The notes under the pieces were generated by a model that did no database searches, was not told the DNA's origin, and was given only the letters and a program-made list of their open reading frames with translations. DNA of 64,000 nucleotides from an uncultured virus (IMG/VR IMGVR_UViG_3300037119_007256). Lineage: Duplodnaviria; Heunggongvirae; Uroviricota; Caudoviricetes. The position numbers and the translations under genes are program-made. The stretch lies in the IMG/VR virus record IMGVR_UViG_3300037119_007256; one strand, written 5' to 3'. Positions 1-10,085 of this stretch are shown in pieces; the stretch's first letter is position 1; each line of letters opens with the position of its first letter.

Positions 1-1
1 C

Positions 2-1114
2 TGGGAGGCGGGCGCGGGCGCGGCGGGCGCGGCGAGCGGCGCGGCCGGTGGCGCAGCCGGCGGGGTCGGTGCCGCCGCGGCTGGGCTGGCTGCACTGGCC
101 GGACCCATCCTGATCGTGGTGGCCGTCCTGGCCGTCCTGGCGCTGGCCTTGAAGGCGCTGTGGGACGTGACCAACGAGGCCGCCAAGTCGCTAGACGAGC
201 TGCGGCAGGCCGCCACGGTGACAGGGGGTACAGTCGCCAACACAACGTTTCTCAAGGCCCTTGGCGTGTCCCCGGAGGCACAGGCGGGGGCCGCCGGTTC
301 GCTGCGCGGCCGGCTCGCCTCCGACCCCATGGCCCAGATGGCCGCCGGCCGGCTTGGCATTGGCGTTCAGGTCAGCCGCGGGCTCGGCGGCGCGTCGAAC
401 GAGGCCCAGCTTCTCCAGGACGTGCTGGTCGGCCTCTCCAAGCTGCCCACGGCTGAGCAGCGGCTCATCGAGGCCCGTCGGCTGGGCGTTGATTCGCTGA
501 TGCCTCAGATTGAAATCTACAGGCGCCACGCGGCTACCGTGGCCGCGGACTCGGCTGTCATGGCCAAGGTCGGGGATAAGGAGGCGCAGACGGCCGCCGG
601 TGACATGCAGTACCAGGCGGGGCGGGTCGCGAAGGCGTGGGAGGTCCTCACCCAGGCCATCGGCAAGCCATTCATGCCGCTGGTGAGCAAGCTGCTGGAG
701 AACTTCGCCAACAACATCTTCATGGTGGCCGAGGTGATAGACAATATGACGGGGCCGATCGAGCAGTGGGTGTCGGTCGCCACCACTGTCTTCACTGTGT
801 TCGACGCCCTGAGCGAGGTGTTCGGCCGGTTCCTGATCCTGATATCGATGCTGGTGGACACGTTGTACCATCCGGAGAACCTCGGGGCAAACCTGGAGCG
901 GGGGAAGGAGCTCATGACGAAGCCGCTGCGGGCATTCAGTAAGGAAGACGCGACGAATGAGAACACGAAGGCCATGAAGGATAACACCCGCGCCCTGCGC
1001 GAGGGCCAGCACGGCGGCGGCGAGCGGGTGGCCGGGGCGCTGCCGTCGGGCCTGTCCGGCGACGCCCTCCGGCAGCGCCTGCGGACCCACGAGATAGCCT
1101 TGGGGGCCTGGTAG
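2..1114 (+). CDS. Tail tape-measure-like protein, C-terminal part (5' truncated)
   Basis: Frame is open from base 2 (WEAGAGAAGAASGAAGG...). Ala/Gly-rich helical sequence with hydrophobic stretches, directly upstream of tail-like genes. Confidence 0.6.
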   Translation, partial: WEAGAGAAGAASGAAGGAAGGVGAAAAGLAALAGPILIVVAVLAVLALALKALWDVTNEAAKSLDELRQAATVTGGTVANTTFLKALGVSPEAQAGAAGSLRGRLASDPMAQMAAGRLGIGVQVSRGLGGASNEAQLLQDVLVGLSKLPTAEQRLIEARRLGVDSLMPQIEIYRRHAATVAADSAVMAKVGDKEAQTAAGDMQYQAGRVAKAWEVLTQAIGKPFMPLVSKLLENFANNIFMVAEVIDNMTGPIEQWVSVATTVFTVFDALSEVFGRFLILISMLVDTLYHPENLGANLERGKELMTKPLRAFSKEDATNENTKAMKDNTRALREGQHGGGERVAGALPSGLSGDALRQRLRTHEIALGAW

Positions 1115-1118
1115 CCCT

Positions 1119-3866
1119 ATGCCGACGCTGGGACCGACCCCGCCTGTCAACTCCCCAACCACGGGCCGCACGGCCTTGCGGCTGAACATCCTCGACTCCG
1201 GGTTGGGGCGGAAGTCGCTCGTCATCCGCCGGCGCGCCAATGAGATCGCGATTGGCACGTCGAAGGGGAACCTGGGGACCACGAGCAAGTGTCTGCTCCT
1301 GCCCGGCGGAGCCTGGTCCCTGACACCGTTCGGCGGCTCGCAGTTTAAGATAGTCGATGAGGACTATGGCGGCGCCATAATGGAGCCGGGGGTGGACTAC
1401 ACGCCGGCGCCGGGCATGACGCCGGGCCTCCTGTTCGCGGCCCCGACCGAGGCCCAGCAGCCCGGCGTCGCGATCGGCCCGACCATCATACCCAGCGGCG
1501 TGCCCGGCATCTTCAAAACGGTGCCGCAGGGGCCTGGCTCGCCGTGGGGCGTGTCTGTCCTGGCCTCGGACGCCGCGGCATGGCCGTCGCCGGTACCAGT
1601 CGACCCGGATGCGGTGCCGATGGACAGGATCGTAGTTAGCAATACGGCCCACCGTCCCAATATGGGGTGGTTCATCAACTTCGAGTCGCTGGGCGGTGGG
1701 TTCAGTTCCTTCGACAGGTTCCTCAGTGTCCTGTTCGGCGGGTCAACCGAGGTAATGCCAGGCGGAAACCCGCATGCCGGCGCTTGGTGCATTACATTCC
1801 GCTCCAGCGGTACCGCGACCCTGTGGGAGATGGTCAAGCCGCCGTCCGAGGAGTCTCCTTGGGACCAGCGGCACGTGTTCGAGTGGGGCAACCCCCAATT
1901 GGTGGAGGGGCGGGAAAACGCCGTCTTCATCGTCCCGTATGCCAGCGATAGGCTGGCCATTATGGCGCCGAACAAGATAGTGGACACCATCACCGCCGGC
2001 TCACTGATAGAGGCGATTAACGCCGCATATCACCCCAAGCTCGCGGCCAATCGCGATTTAAGGAGCTATTATCGCGAACACAAGAAGGACGGCGGGCACG
2101 TCCATAAGCACGCTATGTCGGGGCAGGGGTTCTTCAGGGTGGACAGCCGGCGCGACATCCGCAAGATGTACGCGTTTGGGCGGATCAAGTACCCGGCGAC
2201 CGGGTTCATCGTAGACGAGCCGTTCTCCGTCAAGGGGCCGCTGCCGGCGGGCACGCCGCTAGTGGCGATGGTTGACCATTACTTTACGGCGGTCGGTGGC
2301 CTGTCCGGGGCGTTGCAGCCGGCCTGGACCGGGGCCGGGCATGCCGACGTCCGTGGGTCCATCGGCATCCAGCTGTATGACGCCGATACGCATGCTCTAC
2401 TGAGTAACGTGCTGGGCAACCCGTCAGCATACCTCAGCGTGGCTGGTCAGACCCGGTACTACGCCAAGATAACGATCAACGCGTCCGAGGACCGTTACAC
2501 CTGTCCGATCTTCTACGGCTATACTATCACCGTCGGGGGTACCCTGACGCCCCGCGTGGGTCCGGGGTTCGTCGAGATGTTCGGCCTACGGAGCAAACGG
2601 GTGACCGGCACGTTCGGCGACCCTGGTGTCGAGAACGCTGTCGTGGAGTTCAACGACGTGCGCGACGTCGCTGCTGTCGCCCGGGTGCGGGATTGTATCA
2701 GGTCGGACCTGGTCGTGGTCGACAGTACCAACACGCTGTACTCCCGTCTATTCGAAGGTGTCACGTCGCGCCCTGATATCGCCCAGCGTAGCACCGCCGA
2801 TGCGCACTTTCAGGACTGGTACAAGTACCCTGGGCTGCGGCTAGCTGGTATGTGGCACCGCTTCGGCGAACAAGTGCCACTAGACATGAAGGAGTTCATC
2901 CAGGACCCATCCGGCGCCGTAGACGCTGAGGGGAGGCCGGTGCCGTGGAAGGTGGTCGACATCATCCGCCTCTTGATGAACGACTGCGGGGTGCCGAACG
3001 ACGAGATAATGATCCCGACGTACTTTGACGACATCAGGCTGTTCCCGTCGCCCAAACTCGGCGAAGACGTCTATGTGATGCAGCCTGGCGGAATGCAGCC
3101 GTACCTCAAGCTGCTGAACCACCTCATCAAGGATTACCTTGGGACCCAGTGGTGCCGGGACCCGAACGCCGGTGTTCACGGGGCCTGGCGCATCCTCCTG
3201 CCGCCTACCTCGACGACTACCCCGGTCCTGTGCATGTTCCTTCAGCGACGGCCCGCAGGTCAACCTTCGTCCCACCCGGGCTTTGGCGGGACGACGACGG
3301 GGACGATACGGCCGATGGTCCATCCGTCGACCTGGGGCGCCGCGGCAACATTCATCGACAACCCCGAGGAGAACTTTACGGAGTGGGTTGAGCGACCAGA
3401 GGTCAACTACATCAACGTGGTGGGGGTGGGCGACTTTGGGCCGGACGGCAAGGCGGTCACCAACGTGGAGGTCGACGCATACAATTACGTCAGTCACGAC
3501 TTTATGCCAGGCAGTCCCACGTCGGCCCTGGTGAACCCGCTTCACCGGGACTACCTCGGGCGAGCGGTGCCGGTCTATATCGTCGACCCAGCGATCATCG
3601 GGCTCGATTCGGCAATATTTGTGGCCAAGCGCACGTACGACTTTGCGGCGCACGGCCGGAGCGGCGCACGCTGGAGAGCTCCTTGTGTATTCGTGTCGGG
3701 GGTAGACGTCGGCCAGACCCTACCGCGCCCGCTCCGCACGTGGGACCGGGTAACAGTGCAGGACAAGGACGGGGTGATGCACGACACGCTCCTCAAGTCC
3801 GTCGACCTGGCGTATGAATCCGACAGGGCGCGGTGGGCGGAATACGAAGGGATGTACATGACATGA
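1119..3866 (+). CDS. Large minor tail/baseplate-hub-like virion protein (915 aa)
   Basis: Long beta-rich ORF directly after the tape-measure-like gene; call is from position only. Confidence 0.5.
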   Translation: MPTLGPTPPVNSPTTGRTALRLNILDSGLGRKSLVIRRRANEIAIGTSKGNLGTTSKCLLLPGGAWSLTPFGGSQFKIVDEDYGGAIMEPGVDYTPAPGMTPGLLFAAPTEAQQPGVAIGPTIIPSGVPGIFKTVPQGPGSPWGVSVLASDAAAWPSPVPVDPDAVPMDRIVVSNTAHRPNMGWFINFESLGGGFSSFDRFLSVLFGGSTEVMPGGNPHAGAWCITFRSSGTATLWEMVKPPSEESPWDQRHVFEWGNPQLVEGRENAVFIVPYASDRLAIMAPNKIVDTITAGSLIEAINAAYHPKLAANRDLRSYYREHKKDGGHVHKHAMSGQGFFRVDSRRDIRKMYAFGRIKYPATGFIVDEPFSVKGPLPAGTPLVAMVDHYFTAVGGLSGALQPAWTGAGHADVRGSIGIQLYDADTHALLSNVLGNPSAYLSVAGQTRYYAKITINASEDRYTCPIFYGYTITVGGTLTPRVGPGFVEMFGLRSKRVTGTFGDPGVENAVVEFNDVRDVAAVARVRDCIRSDLVVVDSTNTLYSRLFEGVTSRPDIAQRSTADAHFQDWYKYPGLRLAGMWHRFGEQVPLDMKEFIQDPSGAVDAEGRPVPWKVVDIIRLLMNDCGVPNDEIMIPTYFDDIRLFPSPKLGEDVYVMQPGGMQPYLKLLNHLIKDYLGTQWCRDPNAGVHGAWRILLPPTSTTTPVLCMFLQRRPAGQPSSHPGFGGTTTGTIRPMVHPSTWGAAATFIDNPEENFTEWVERPEVNYINVVGVGDFGPDGKAVTNVEVDAYNYVSHDFMPGSPTSALVNPLHRDYLGRAVPVYIVDPAIIGLDSAIFVAKRTYDFAAHGRSGARWRAPCVFVSGVDVGQTLPRPLRTWDRVTVQDKDGVMHDTLLKSVDLAYESDRARWAEYEGMYMT

Positions 3867-4102
3867 CAGCGGACCAGATTGCCAGGATCAGGGCACTGAG
3901 TGGACATGTGGCTGGTGGTGTTGTCGGTGTTGACTCCAGGCACCTCAGAGTCTGGACATCGCAGGTTGTTTCCCCTGCTACACAATATGCGCTTCAACAA
4001 CTCCCAACTCAAGCCTCGTATACGATAACCGACCCGAATACCGGGCTGACTTACTTTGTGCCCGGCGCCAGCAACGTCGACGGCCCGGACCCGATCAAGT
4101 GA
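3863..4102 (+). CDS. Small hypothetical tail-module protein (79 aa)
   Basis: ATGA overlap with the upstream stop at 3863-3866; MTADQIARIR... Confidence 0.6.
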   Translation: MTADQIARIRALSGHVAGGVVGVDSRHLRVWTSQVVSPATQYALQQLPTQASYTITDPNTGLTYFVPGASNVDGPDPIK

Positions 4103-4105
4103 CAC

Positions 4106-5542
4106 ATGCCTGTCATCCCTCCATCCTCCCTCGGTATCTGCGCACAGACCCCGGACGGAACCTCGTTCCCCTATCCGCCGACCGGCAACGCTACCGCCAC
4201 CATCTACTTCGACTTCGCTCCTCGCTATTCGGCTGCCGACCAACTGCGGATCGTCGTCTTCTCCTTCGATGGGGAATCGGTCAGCGACACGGCGGGCAAT
4301 ACCTATAATCTTGACCTGGCTGCCGACTTCATCAACGTCTGGTCGGCGCTCGTCGAGTACATGCCAGTGGCCGGGGTGGACAGTATCACCGTCACGGAGG
4401 GTTGGGGCTTCACCGCATTTGTGATTGACTCGACAGACCCCGAGAACTACCTCGGCCCCGGCGCCTTCACCTCCGGGGTGACGTACCCGATGTACCCAGA
4501 TGATAATACGACGGAGGCGAATACTGCGTATATCACGCTCCCCGAACAAGAGGACCTGATCCTCGGTGGGTTTTCCTCCTGGATTCAGGGTATCATCATC
4601 GGTGGGACGTTCGGTGTTCCGACCATCGAGTTCTACCCAGCAGAAGGAGGATCTGGATGGGGATTCGGGGGCTGGATGGGGGACTCGGAGTCCGTCAACG
4701 AGGATGATCCGCCGGAGGCCTATCTGGATGCCAGGGAATGGCGCGGGGAGGTCTACGGGATCGACAACTTCGGGCTCGATGAGGCGCCCCTCAGTCCTTA
4801 CCGGTTCGGCTGCACCTTTTGGAACGGGATCATCGGAAGCTTTCTTGACCCGACCGCTACCTACGAAGTCCATTACTCGTCATGGATCATCGTCTATCGA
4901 GGCAAGGGTGCCACGGCACCGCCGGATCCCTATGATACAGACGACCCGCTTGGGAGGAACCCATGGGTCGCGATCGATACTGCCGCCCGCATACACCAGG
5001 CCTATTCTCAGGAAGAGTCTAACAAAGTGCGGTACCGGGTGTGGACTCACTTCACCCGGACCACCACGGAGGTGGACAACGAGGACGGGCCGGTCGGCCG
5101 CCGGCCGCGTATGGAGGTGGTCCCCGGCCACCCCATCGGGCGGGTGGAGATGGTCCTGGAGGTGGGCGGCGGCGTGTCTGTTACCCATACTGACGATGAC
5201 GGGAGGACGTGGAGCGCAATGGCCGAACTGTTTCCATCGCCGGCCAATAGGCCGACGATCGCCGTGCAGGACAATGGTATAGTGGTCACGGCGGCATACT
5301 CCGGCGGCAAGTTGGTCGGCCGCTGGCGGGCGCCGGGCGAAACGGCGTTCAGGCCCCAGTACACGTTCAAGCTGTGGAACGGGGACAACCTGGCCGACCT
5401 GGCGGTCTCAGAGAATGGCTTCCACCTGCAGCCCGTGCCTGGGGCGTCGGGGACGTGGGTCCTTACGTGCGTGACATCCGCCGGCGTCAAGAACTTCTAC
5501 TCGTTCGACATGGAGACCTGGTCCAACGCCCCGGCGTCGTGA
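4106..5542 (+). CDS. Hypothetical virion/tail protein, C-terminal propeller-like part
   Basis: 478-aa ORF in the tail operon; Asp-box-like TDDDGRTWS and SFDMETW motifs. Confidence 0.5.
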   Translation: MPVIPPSSLGICAQTPDGTSFPYPPTGNATATIYFDFAPRYSAADQLRIVVFSFDGESVSDTAGNTYNLDLAADFINVWSALVEYMPVAGVDSITVTEGWGFTAFVIDSTDPENYLGPGAFTSGVTYPMYPDDNTTEANTAYITLPEQEDLILGGFSSWIQGIIIGGTFGVPTIEFYPAEGGSGWGFGGWMGDSESVNEDDPPEAYLDAREWRGEVYGIDNFGLDEAPLSPYRFGCTFWNGIIGSFLDPTATYEVHYSSWIIVYRGKGATAPPDPYDTDDPLGRNPWVAIDTAARIHQAYSQEESNKVRYRVWTHFTRTTTEVDNEDGPVGRRPRMEVVPGHPIGRVEMVLEVGGGVSVTHTDDDGRTWSAMAELFPSPANRPTIAVQDNGIVVTAAYSGGKLVGRWRAPGETAFRPQYTFKLWNGDNLADLAVSENGFHLQPVPGASGTWVLTCVTSAGVKNFYSFDMETWSNAPAS

Positions 5543-5555
5543 CTGGAGGATAGCG

Positions 5556-6971
5556 ATGCCGACCTACGCCGTGCCCGCGGACAAGTGCCCAGCGTTAACC
5601 TACAGGCAGACCAGGATACCGGCCACACCTGGGGTGCCGACGCTCGCGCCCACGCTGCCGGAAGGCGCGGTCGGCCAGCTTCGCCCCATGTTCAACCAAT
5701 TGGGCTGCTTCGCAGAGGGCGTGGCGGGGTATGGCGCCGGCGGATGGGGTGTTGTGGCGAATGTGGGCGGCGGCCTGCACCTCTACGACGGGGCCGTGGC
5801 CGGCAGTGTTAGCCTGTATGACGGGGATGCAATGATCGACGGCCCGGTGCGCCCGGTTTCGCTCGTTGCGCCGCTGGTCGACAACACATACAACTACCTC
5901 TGGCTCAACAAGAACGGGGCCTATATCGGTGACGCCTCGGCCGACCCCGACACCCCGCCCGCCCCGCCGGACGAGGACTGCGCTTACCTGGGGCGGGTGC
6001 ACATGACGGCTGGTGTGATCGCCGGGGTGGACGAGTCCGGGCGCATGGAGTTCCACGGCGGCCTCTCGGTCCGTCGCACCGGCGACGTTGGCATGCCCGC
6101 AGATTTCCCGCCGGCGCCCCTCGTGTTCTTCGCCCAGACGGCCGGCGGGTGGTACCTCTGGAACGGGGAGGAGTACCTGGCGGTCATCGACGACAAGACG
6201 GTCCGGGCCGACGCCGTGGATACCGGCGGCGGCGCCCTGGTCGACAAGCTGCTAACCGAAGGGGCCACCCTGACTGTTGTCGTGGACGGCGGCGTGCGCA
6301 AGGTGAGGGTTGCCGTGGCGCCTGTAGTACACTCTCTGCCGCCGTTCGACGTCACCCTGCCGCCCAATTCGGACAAGGTCGTCGAGGTCGACTTCTCGGC
6401 TACCGGGGCCTTCCCCACCCCGCACTATGCGGTGTCGGCCGCCATTGACCAGGGGCTGGATTCGACCATAGTCCACGAGGTGCCCGCCGGTAAGACGGGG
6501 TCCAAGGTGGTCCTCCACCTGGCGAACGTGGCGGTCCCGGCGGCCGGGGCTGTGGGCACCGGGACCGACGTCCGGGTGACGCTGACCCTGTACGGGTTCG
6601 GCTGGGTGCCAGCCAGTGGCGGCGGGGCCCACATCGTCACCGAACATGAGTTCTCCTACGCCGAGGAGTCGATCCACCTACCCGGAGCCATGACGGCAGA
6701 CTTCGCGGTGGACCCCGACACCAGAACCTACCTCCTGGACAACACCGCGGCGGACTGCATCGGGACACTGCCGGCGTCGGGGGTCGTCGGCGACTCGTAT
6801 CTATTCGTGGCCATCGGTTACTCCGGGTCCCACGTCATGGGGGTCGACCCTGCCGGGTCGGACACAATCGACGGGGTGGCCGCCGGGACGCCAATGACGT
6901 CGGCCCTGGACGTCGTCGAGGTCATGCGCGTCGGTGCCGCCGCCTGGCGCGTCGTGAGGAGGTTGCCGTGA
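5556..6971 (+). CDS. Putative tail fibre/baseplate protein
   Basis: GGAGG RBS before ATG; Gly/Val/Pro-rich beta sequence with a C-terminal TLPA...GSDTIDG fibre-type motif. Confidence 0.5.
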   Translation: MPTYAVPADKCPALTYRQTRIPATPGVPTLAPTLPEGAVGQLRPMFNQLGCFAEGVAGYGAGGWGVVANVGGGLHLYDGAVAGSVSLYDGDAMIDGPVRPVSLVAPLVDNTYNYLWLNKNGAYIGDASADPDTPPAPPDEDCAYLGRVHMTAGVIAGVDESGRMEFHGGLSVRRTGDVGMPADFPPAPLVFFAQTAGGWYLWNGEEYLAVIDDKTVRADAVDTGGGALVDKLLTEGATLTVVVDGGVRKVRVAVAPVVHSLPPFDVTLPPNSDKVVEVDFSATGAFPTPHYAVSAAIDQGLDSTIVHEVPAGKTGSKVVLHLANVAVPAAGAVGTGTDVRVTLTLYGFGWVPASGGGAHIVTEHEFSYAEESIHLPGAMTADFAVDPDTRTYLLDNTAADCIGTLPASGVVGDSYLFVAIGYSGSHVMGVDPAGSDTIDGVAAGTPMTSALDVVEVMRVGAAAWRVVRRLP

Positions 6972-8077
6972 GGAGGTTGGTCCACGTCGCCCCAAAGCCG
7001 CCGCCCGCCCCGCCCCGGGCGTCGGTCCCAGCGTTAGTAGTCGACGTCCTGGCGGCGTCGACCCTGCCCCACCTCGGCTACGGCCACTACGCCTTTGCCG
7101 TGGCCAGGGCCCTGCGCGCCGCCGGCGCCGACGTGCGCCTGCGCCACCTGCAGGACGGCGGGTCTGGAGCGCCATGGGCCATCCTCGTCGGGCCGCCAGG
7201 GGCGAGGGGCTACCCGCCTGGAGCCGTTGTCGCCCACTGTACCATGTGGGAGTCGGGGCGGCTGAGCCGGGAGCGGGTCGACGGCATGGCCGGAGCGAGC
7301 TTGGTGGTCGTGCCTTGCGAGTGGTGTGCGATCGTGTTCGACGCCTGTGGGGTGGCCCCGCCGATCGAGGTGGTCCCGATGGGGTACGACCAGGCGGTAT
7401 TTAGTCCACCCCGGCGGCGGGCGCCGCGGCCGCCAGGTCGGCCGTTCAAGGTCGGGTCCGCGGCGCGGGCGGCGCACGGGGGCCTGCGCAAGGGGCTGGA
7501 CGACGCCGTGGCCGCGTTCCAGGCCGCGTTTCCGGACGGCCGGGGCGCCGCGATGGAGGTCAAGGTATTCCCCGACGACCCGGCGCCGGAGCCGGGCGGC
7601 GGCGTGCAAGTTCTGCGTGGCGTGTGGCCCGAGCGGCACCTGGCCACCTGGTACCGGTCGCTGGACGTGTTCCTGTCTATGAGCCGCGGCGAGGGATTCG
7701 GGCTAATGCCGCTCCAGGCCATGGCTTGCGGGACGCCGGTTGTGGCGGTAGTGGCCGGTGGCCACGCCGAATACATGCGAGAGGGTGGGGCGGTCCCAGT
7801 TCCGTATACCCTGGAGCGGTCGGAGGAGGCCATGCCGGGCAACGGGTACTATGAGGGATTCTGGTTCCGCCCGGACGTCGACGCCGCGGCGCAGATACTC
7901 CGTATGTTGGCTGCCGAGGATGGCCTTAGGGCCGCCCTCGGGGAGGCGGCGGTGCGGGCGGCAGCGGCGTTTCAGTGGGCAGTTCACGACTCGCGACTGG
8001 CCGAGGTGCTGGCTCGGCATGGCTGGCCGGTGACGCCGCCACCGCCGGACCCGTATAGTTCCCCATACGGCCCCTAG
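6968..8077 (+). CDS. Glycosyltransferase, GT-B fold (GT4-like)
   Basis: RKGLD motif and EGFGLMPLQAMACGTPVV, a variant of the E-x7-E motif; GTGA overlap with the upstream gene. Confidence 0.85.
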   Translation: MRRLVHVAPKPPPAPPRASVPALVVDVLAASTLPHLGYGHYAFAVARALRAAGADVRLRHLQDGGSGAPWAILVGPPGARGYPPGAVVAHCTMWESGRLSRERVDGMAGASLVVVPCEWCAIVFDACGVAPPIEVVPMGYDQAVFSPPRRRAPRPPGRPFKVGSAARAAHGGLRKGLDDAVAAFQAAFPDGRGAAMEVKVFPDDPAPEPGGGVQVLRGVWPERHLATWYRSLDVFLSMSRGEGFGLMPLQAMACGTPVVAVVAGGHAEYMREGGAVPVPYTLERSEEAMPGNGYYEGFWFRPDVDAAAQILRMLAAEDGLRAALGEAAVRAAAAFQWAVHDSRLAEVLARHGWPVTPPPPDPYSSPYGP

Positions 8078-8628
8078 GACTTCGGCGGTCGTCGACCCGA
8101 CGCTGGGCGCCATCCAGAGTCCCTAGCCATCTTGCGGCCGCGGTAGAGCCTCTGGCGTACAGTGTTGACAGACAGGCCCCTGGCGGCGGCAATCTCCGAG
8201 TCGCGCATGCCGGCCACATAGAAGTCCAACATGACGGAGAGGTAGGGCTCGCGAAGGACGGCCAGGATGGCGACCGCCTCGACGGCGACTTCACGCCGCT
8301 CGAGCTCCGCGTCCGGCCCCAGGCATGGGTCCGCTGGGCCGTCCTCCCAGCCGTCCTCGAGCCGGACCTCCGGCGCCAGCGCCGCGCGGCGGGCCCGCCT
8401 GGCCGACCACTTGCCCAGCGTGGCGTAGGCGATCCTGAGGACCCAGGGCGTGGGGTCCGGGTAGGCGTCGTCGAACGAGCCGCGCGACAGCCAGACTCGG
8501 GTCATGGCGGCCTGCGCCACGTCCTCGGCGTCGTCGCGGGACAGCCTGGCGGTGCCGACCAGCCAGGTCATGATGCGGCGGCGCCACTGGGCCCACTCGG
8601 CCGGCGGCGCCGCCTCGATCCTATTCAC
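8074..8628 (-). CDS. ECF-type sigma-70 family RNA polymerase sigma factor
   Basis: Region 2 DAEDVAQAAMTRVW...WVLRIA and region 4 EIAAARGLSVNTVRQRLYRGR. Likely GTG start at 8628 overlaps the upstream TGA. Confidence 0.85.
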   Translation of the reverse strand: MNRIEAAPPAEWAQWRRRIMTWLVGTARLSRDDAEDVAQAAMTRVWLSRGSFDDAYPDPTPWVLRIAYATLGKWSARRARRAALAPEVRLEDGWEDGPADPCLGPDAELERREVAVEAVAILAVLREPYLSVMLDFYVAGMRDSEIAAARGLSVNTVRQRLYRGRKMARDSGWRPASGRRPPKS

Positions 8629-8897
8629 CGCCGGGGAACTCCCTCTCCATCCCCGACCTCCTCCCCGGCGGCCGCCCACTCGGCGACCGCCTCTTCGGCC
8701 TTCTGCTCGGCGCCGGCCGCCACCTGCCGCAGCTCCTCGAGGTGGCGAGAGCGCGCCCGCTGGAGCCGGAGGTTCAGGTCTGCGGCCTCGGCAGCCTCCT
8801 TCCCCTGGAGCCGCCTGGCCAGGCCCAGGCCCAGGAGCCTGAACTCCTGGGCCGTCACCTCCAGCACCAGCGTCGGGACCAGTCTCACGCCGGCCAT
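8625..8897 (-). CDS. Hypothetical helical protein (90 aa)
   Basis: TGATG coupling at 8895-8899; MAGVRLVPTL... Confidence 0.55.
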   Translation of the reverse strand: MAGVRLVPTLVLEVTAQEFRLLGLGLARRLQGKEAAEAADLNLRLQRARSRHLEELRQVAAGAEQKAEEAVAEWAAAGEEVGDGEGVPRR

Positions 8898-9487
8898 CAG
8901 CTTGCCGCCCTTCTGGCAGCCAGCCCGCGGGCCACCGTGTCCTGCACGTAGGTCAGGCGGCACCCGAACGCCGCCGCCATGTCCTTGCGACCAAGCCCCG
9001 CGTCGTGCCCCGCCATGATCGCCGCCCGCTTCTCGGCGGGCGTCAGGGCCGCGAACTCGGTCTTGTCCGGGTCTATCGCGACCAATGCGATCGCCGGCAC
9101 GATCGCCGGCACGATCGCCGGCTTGGCGGGCTTGGCCGCCTCAACTGCCGCGGCCATCTCCTCGACCGCCGCCGGCACGGACTTCTTGGCGGCCTTGGCC
9201 TTGGACTTCGCCACGTGCCTCATGAAAAGGGCCACGGCCGTGGGCCCAATCGGGTCCGCCGCGGCCAGCGCTTGGAGTGCCTCCACCACGCCATCGGCCG
9301 TGGGCTTCAGCTCGTCCGCCCCTTCGAAGGGCAGCCCGAGCTCCTCGCCCCACTTACTGCGGACGAAGAACTGGACGCCGTCGGGGTCGGGCTCGTCCTC
9401 CATCTGGAGGGAGAGGGCGGCCGCGTGGGCCGTTACGAAGGCCGCGATCTTCTCAGCGGCCAAACCATCAATTCTCACCACGCTCAT
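8897..9487 (-). CDS. Hypothetical protein with C-terminal HTH
   Basis: AGGAGA RBS then MSVVRIDG; C-terminal GLGRKDMAAAFGCRLTYVQDTV resembles an HTH. Confidence 0.55.
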   Translation of the reverse strand: MSVVRIDGLAAEKIAAFVTAHAAALSLQMEDEPDPDGVQFFVRSKWGEELGLPFEGADELKPTADGVVEALQALAAADPIGPTAVALFMRHVAKSKAKAAKKSVPAAVEEMAAAVEAAKPAKPAIVPAIVPAIALVAIDPDKTEFAALTPAEKRAAIMAGHDAGLGRKDMAAAFGCRLTYVQDTVARGLAARRAAS

Positions 9488-9494
9488 CTGGCTG

Positions 9495-9565
9495 TCTCCT
9501 GCCCGCGCTCGCGCGTCGGGCGGTCCTGGAGGGCGACCTTCTCGCCGCCCTCCATACTGATTATA
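9495..9565 (-). promoter_or_regulatory. -10 box (TATAAT) plus two-hairpin 5' leader and RBS
   Basis: Minus strand reads TATAAT-N6-hairpin-GGACC-hairpin-AGGAGA-N7-ATG. Confidence 0.55.
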
Positions 9566-9570
9566 CCCCG

Positions 9571-10080
9571 TCACCGCTGGGCTGCGTCATTTTCTTTCGG
9601 CGGCGCGACCACGGCACCCACCTGGATCTTCCAGGGCTTGCCATCGACCTTCACCACCAGGTTGTACCGTGTCCCGCGCTCCATCACGCGGACTAGCTCG
9701 GCGTTCCGCACGAGGCCGCGAAACCGCACCCTTAGCATATCGCCGACCTTGGCGCCGGCGAGGACCGTCCACCCCTCGGCGTCCGCGCCGCCCTTCCGCG
9801 CCATGTTCGTGGCCCAGAAGGCGTGCGTCGCCCGGCCGTTGACCGTCGGCGCCTGGGGCTTGCCGTCCTCCAACAGGCGTGCCAGTGCCGCCGGGTCTAC
9901 CTCCCCCAGCACGTAGGCCACCTTGTCGGCAGGGAAAATGTAGCGGGTGCACGCGCCCGTCAGCGGGGCGCCCGTGAACCGGTTCACCGGCTTGTGCGGA
10001 TTGTCCTCAATGACGACGAGGACGCCGGGGCTGATGCCGCGAGCCATCTTCACGATCGAGTGCAGTCTGGGTCCGTCCAT
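9571..10080 (-). CDS. Hypothetical protein
   Basis: AGGAGA RBS before MDGPRLHSIV; C-terminal SH3-like beta pattern. Confidence 0.6.
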   Translation of the reverse strand: MDGPRLHSIVKMARGISPGVLVVIEDNPHKPVNRFTGAPLTGACTRYIFPADKVAYVLGEVDPAALARLLEDGKPQAPTVNGRATHAFWATNMARKGGADAEGWTVLAGAKVGDMLRVRFRGLVRNAELVRVMERGTRYNLVVKVDGKPWKIQVGAVVAPPKENDAAQR

Positions 10081-10085
10081 CTCGT

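Noticed and set aside
9088..9122. 12-bp tandem repeat (GATCGCCGGCAC, about 3 copies)
   Set aside because: In-frame PAIV linker expansion with no sign of a separate function.
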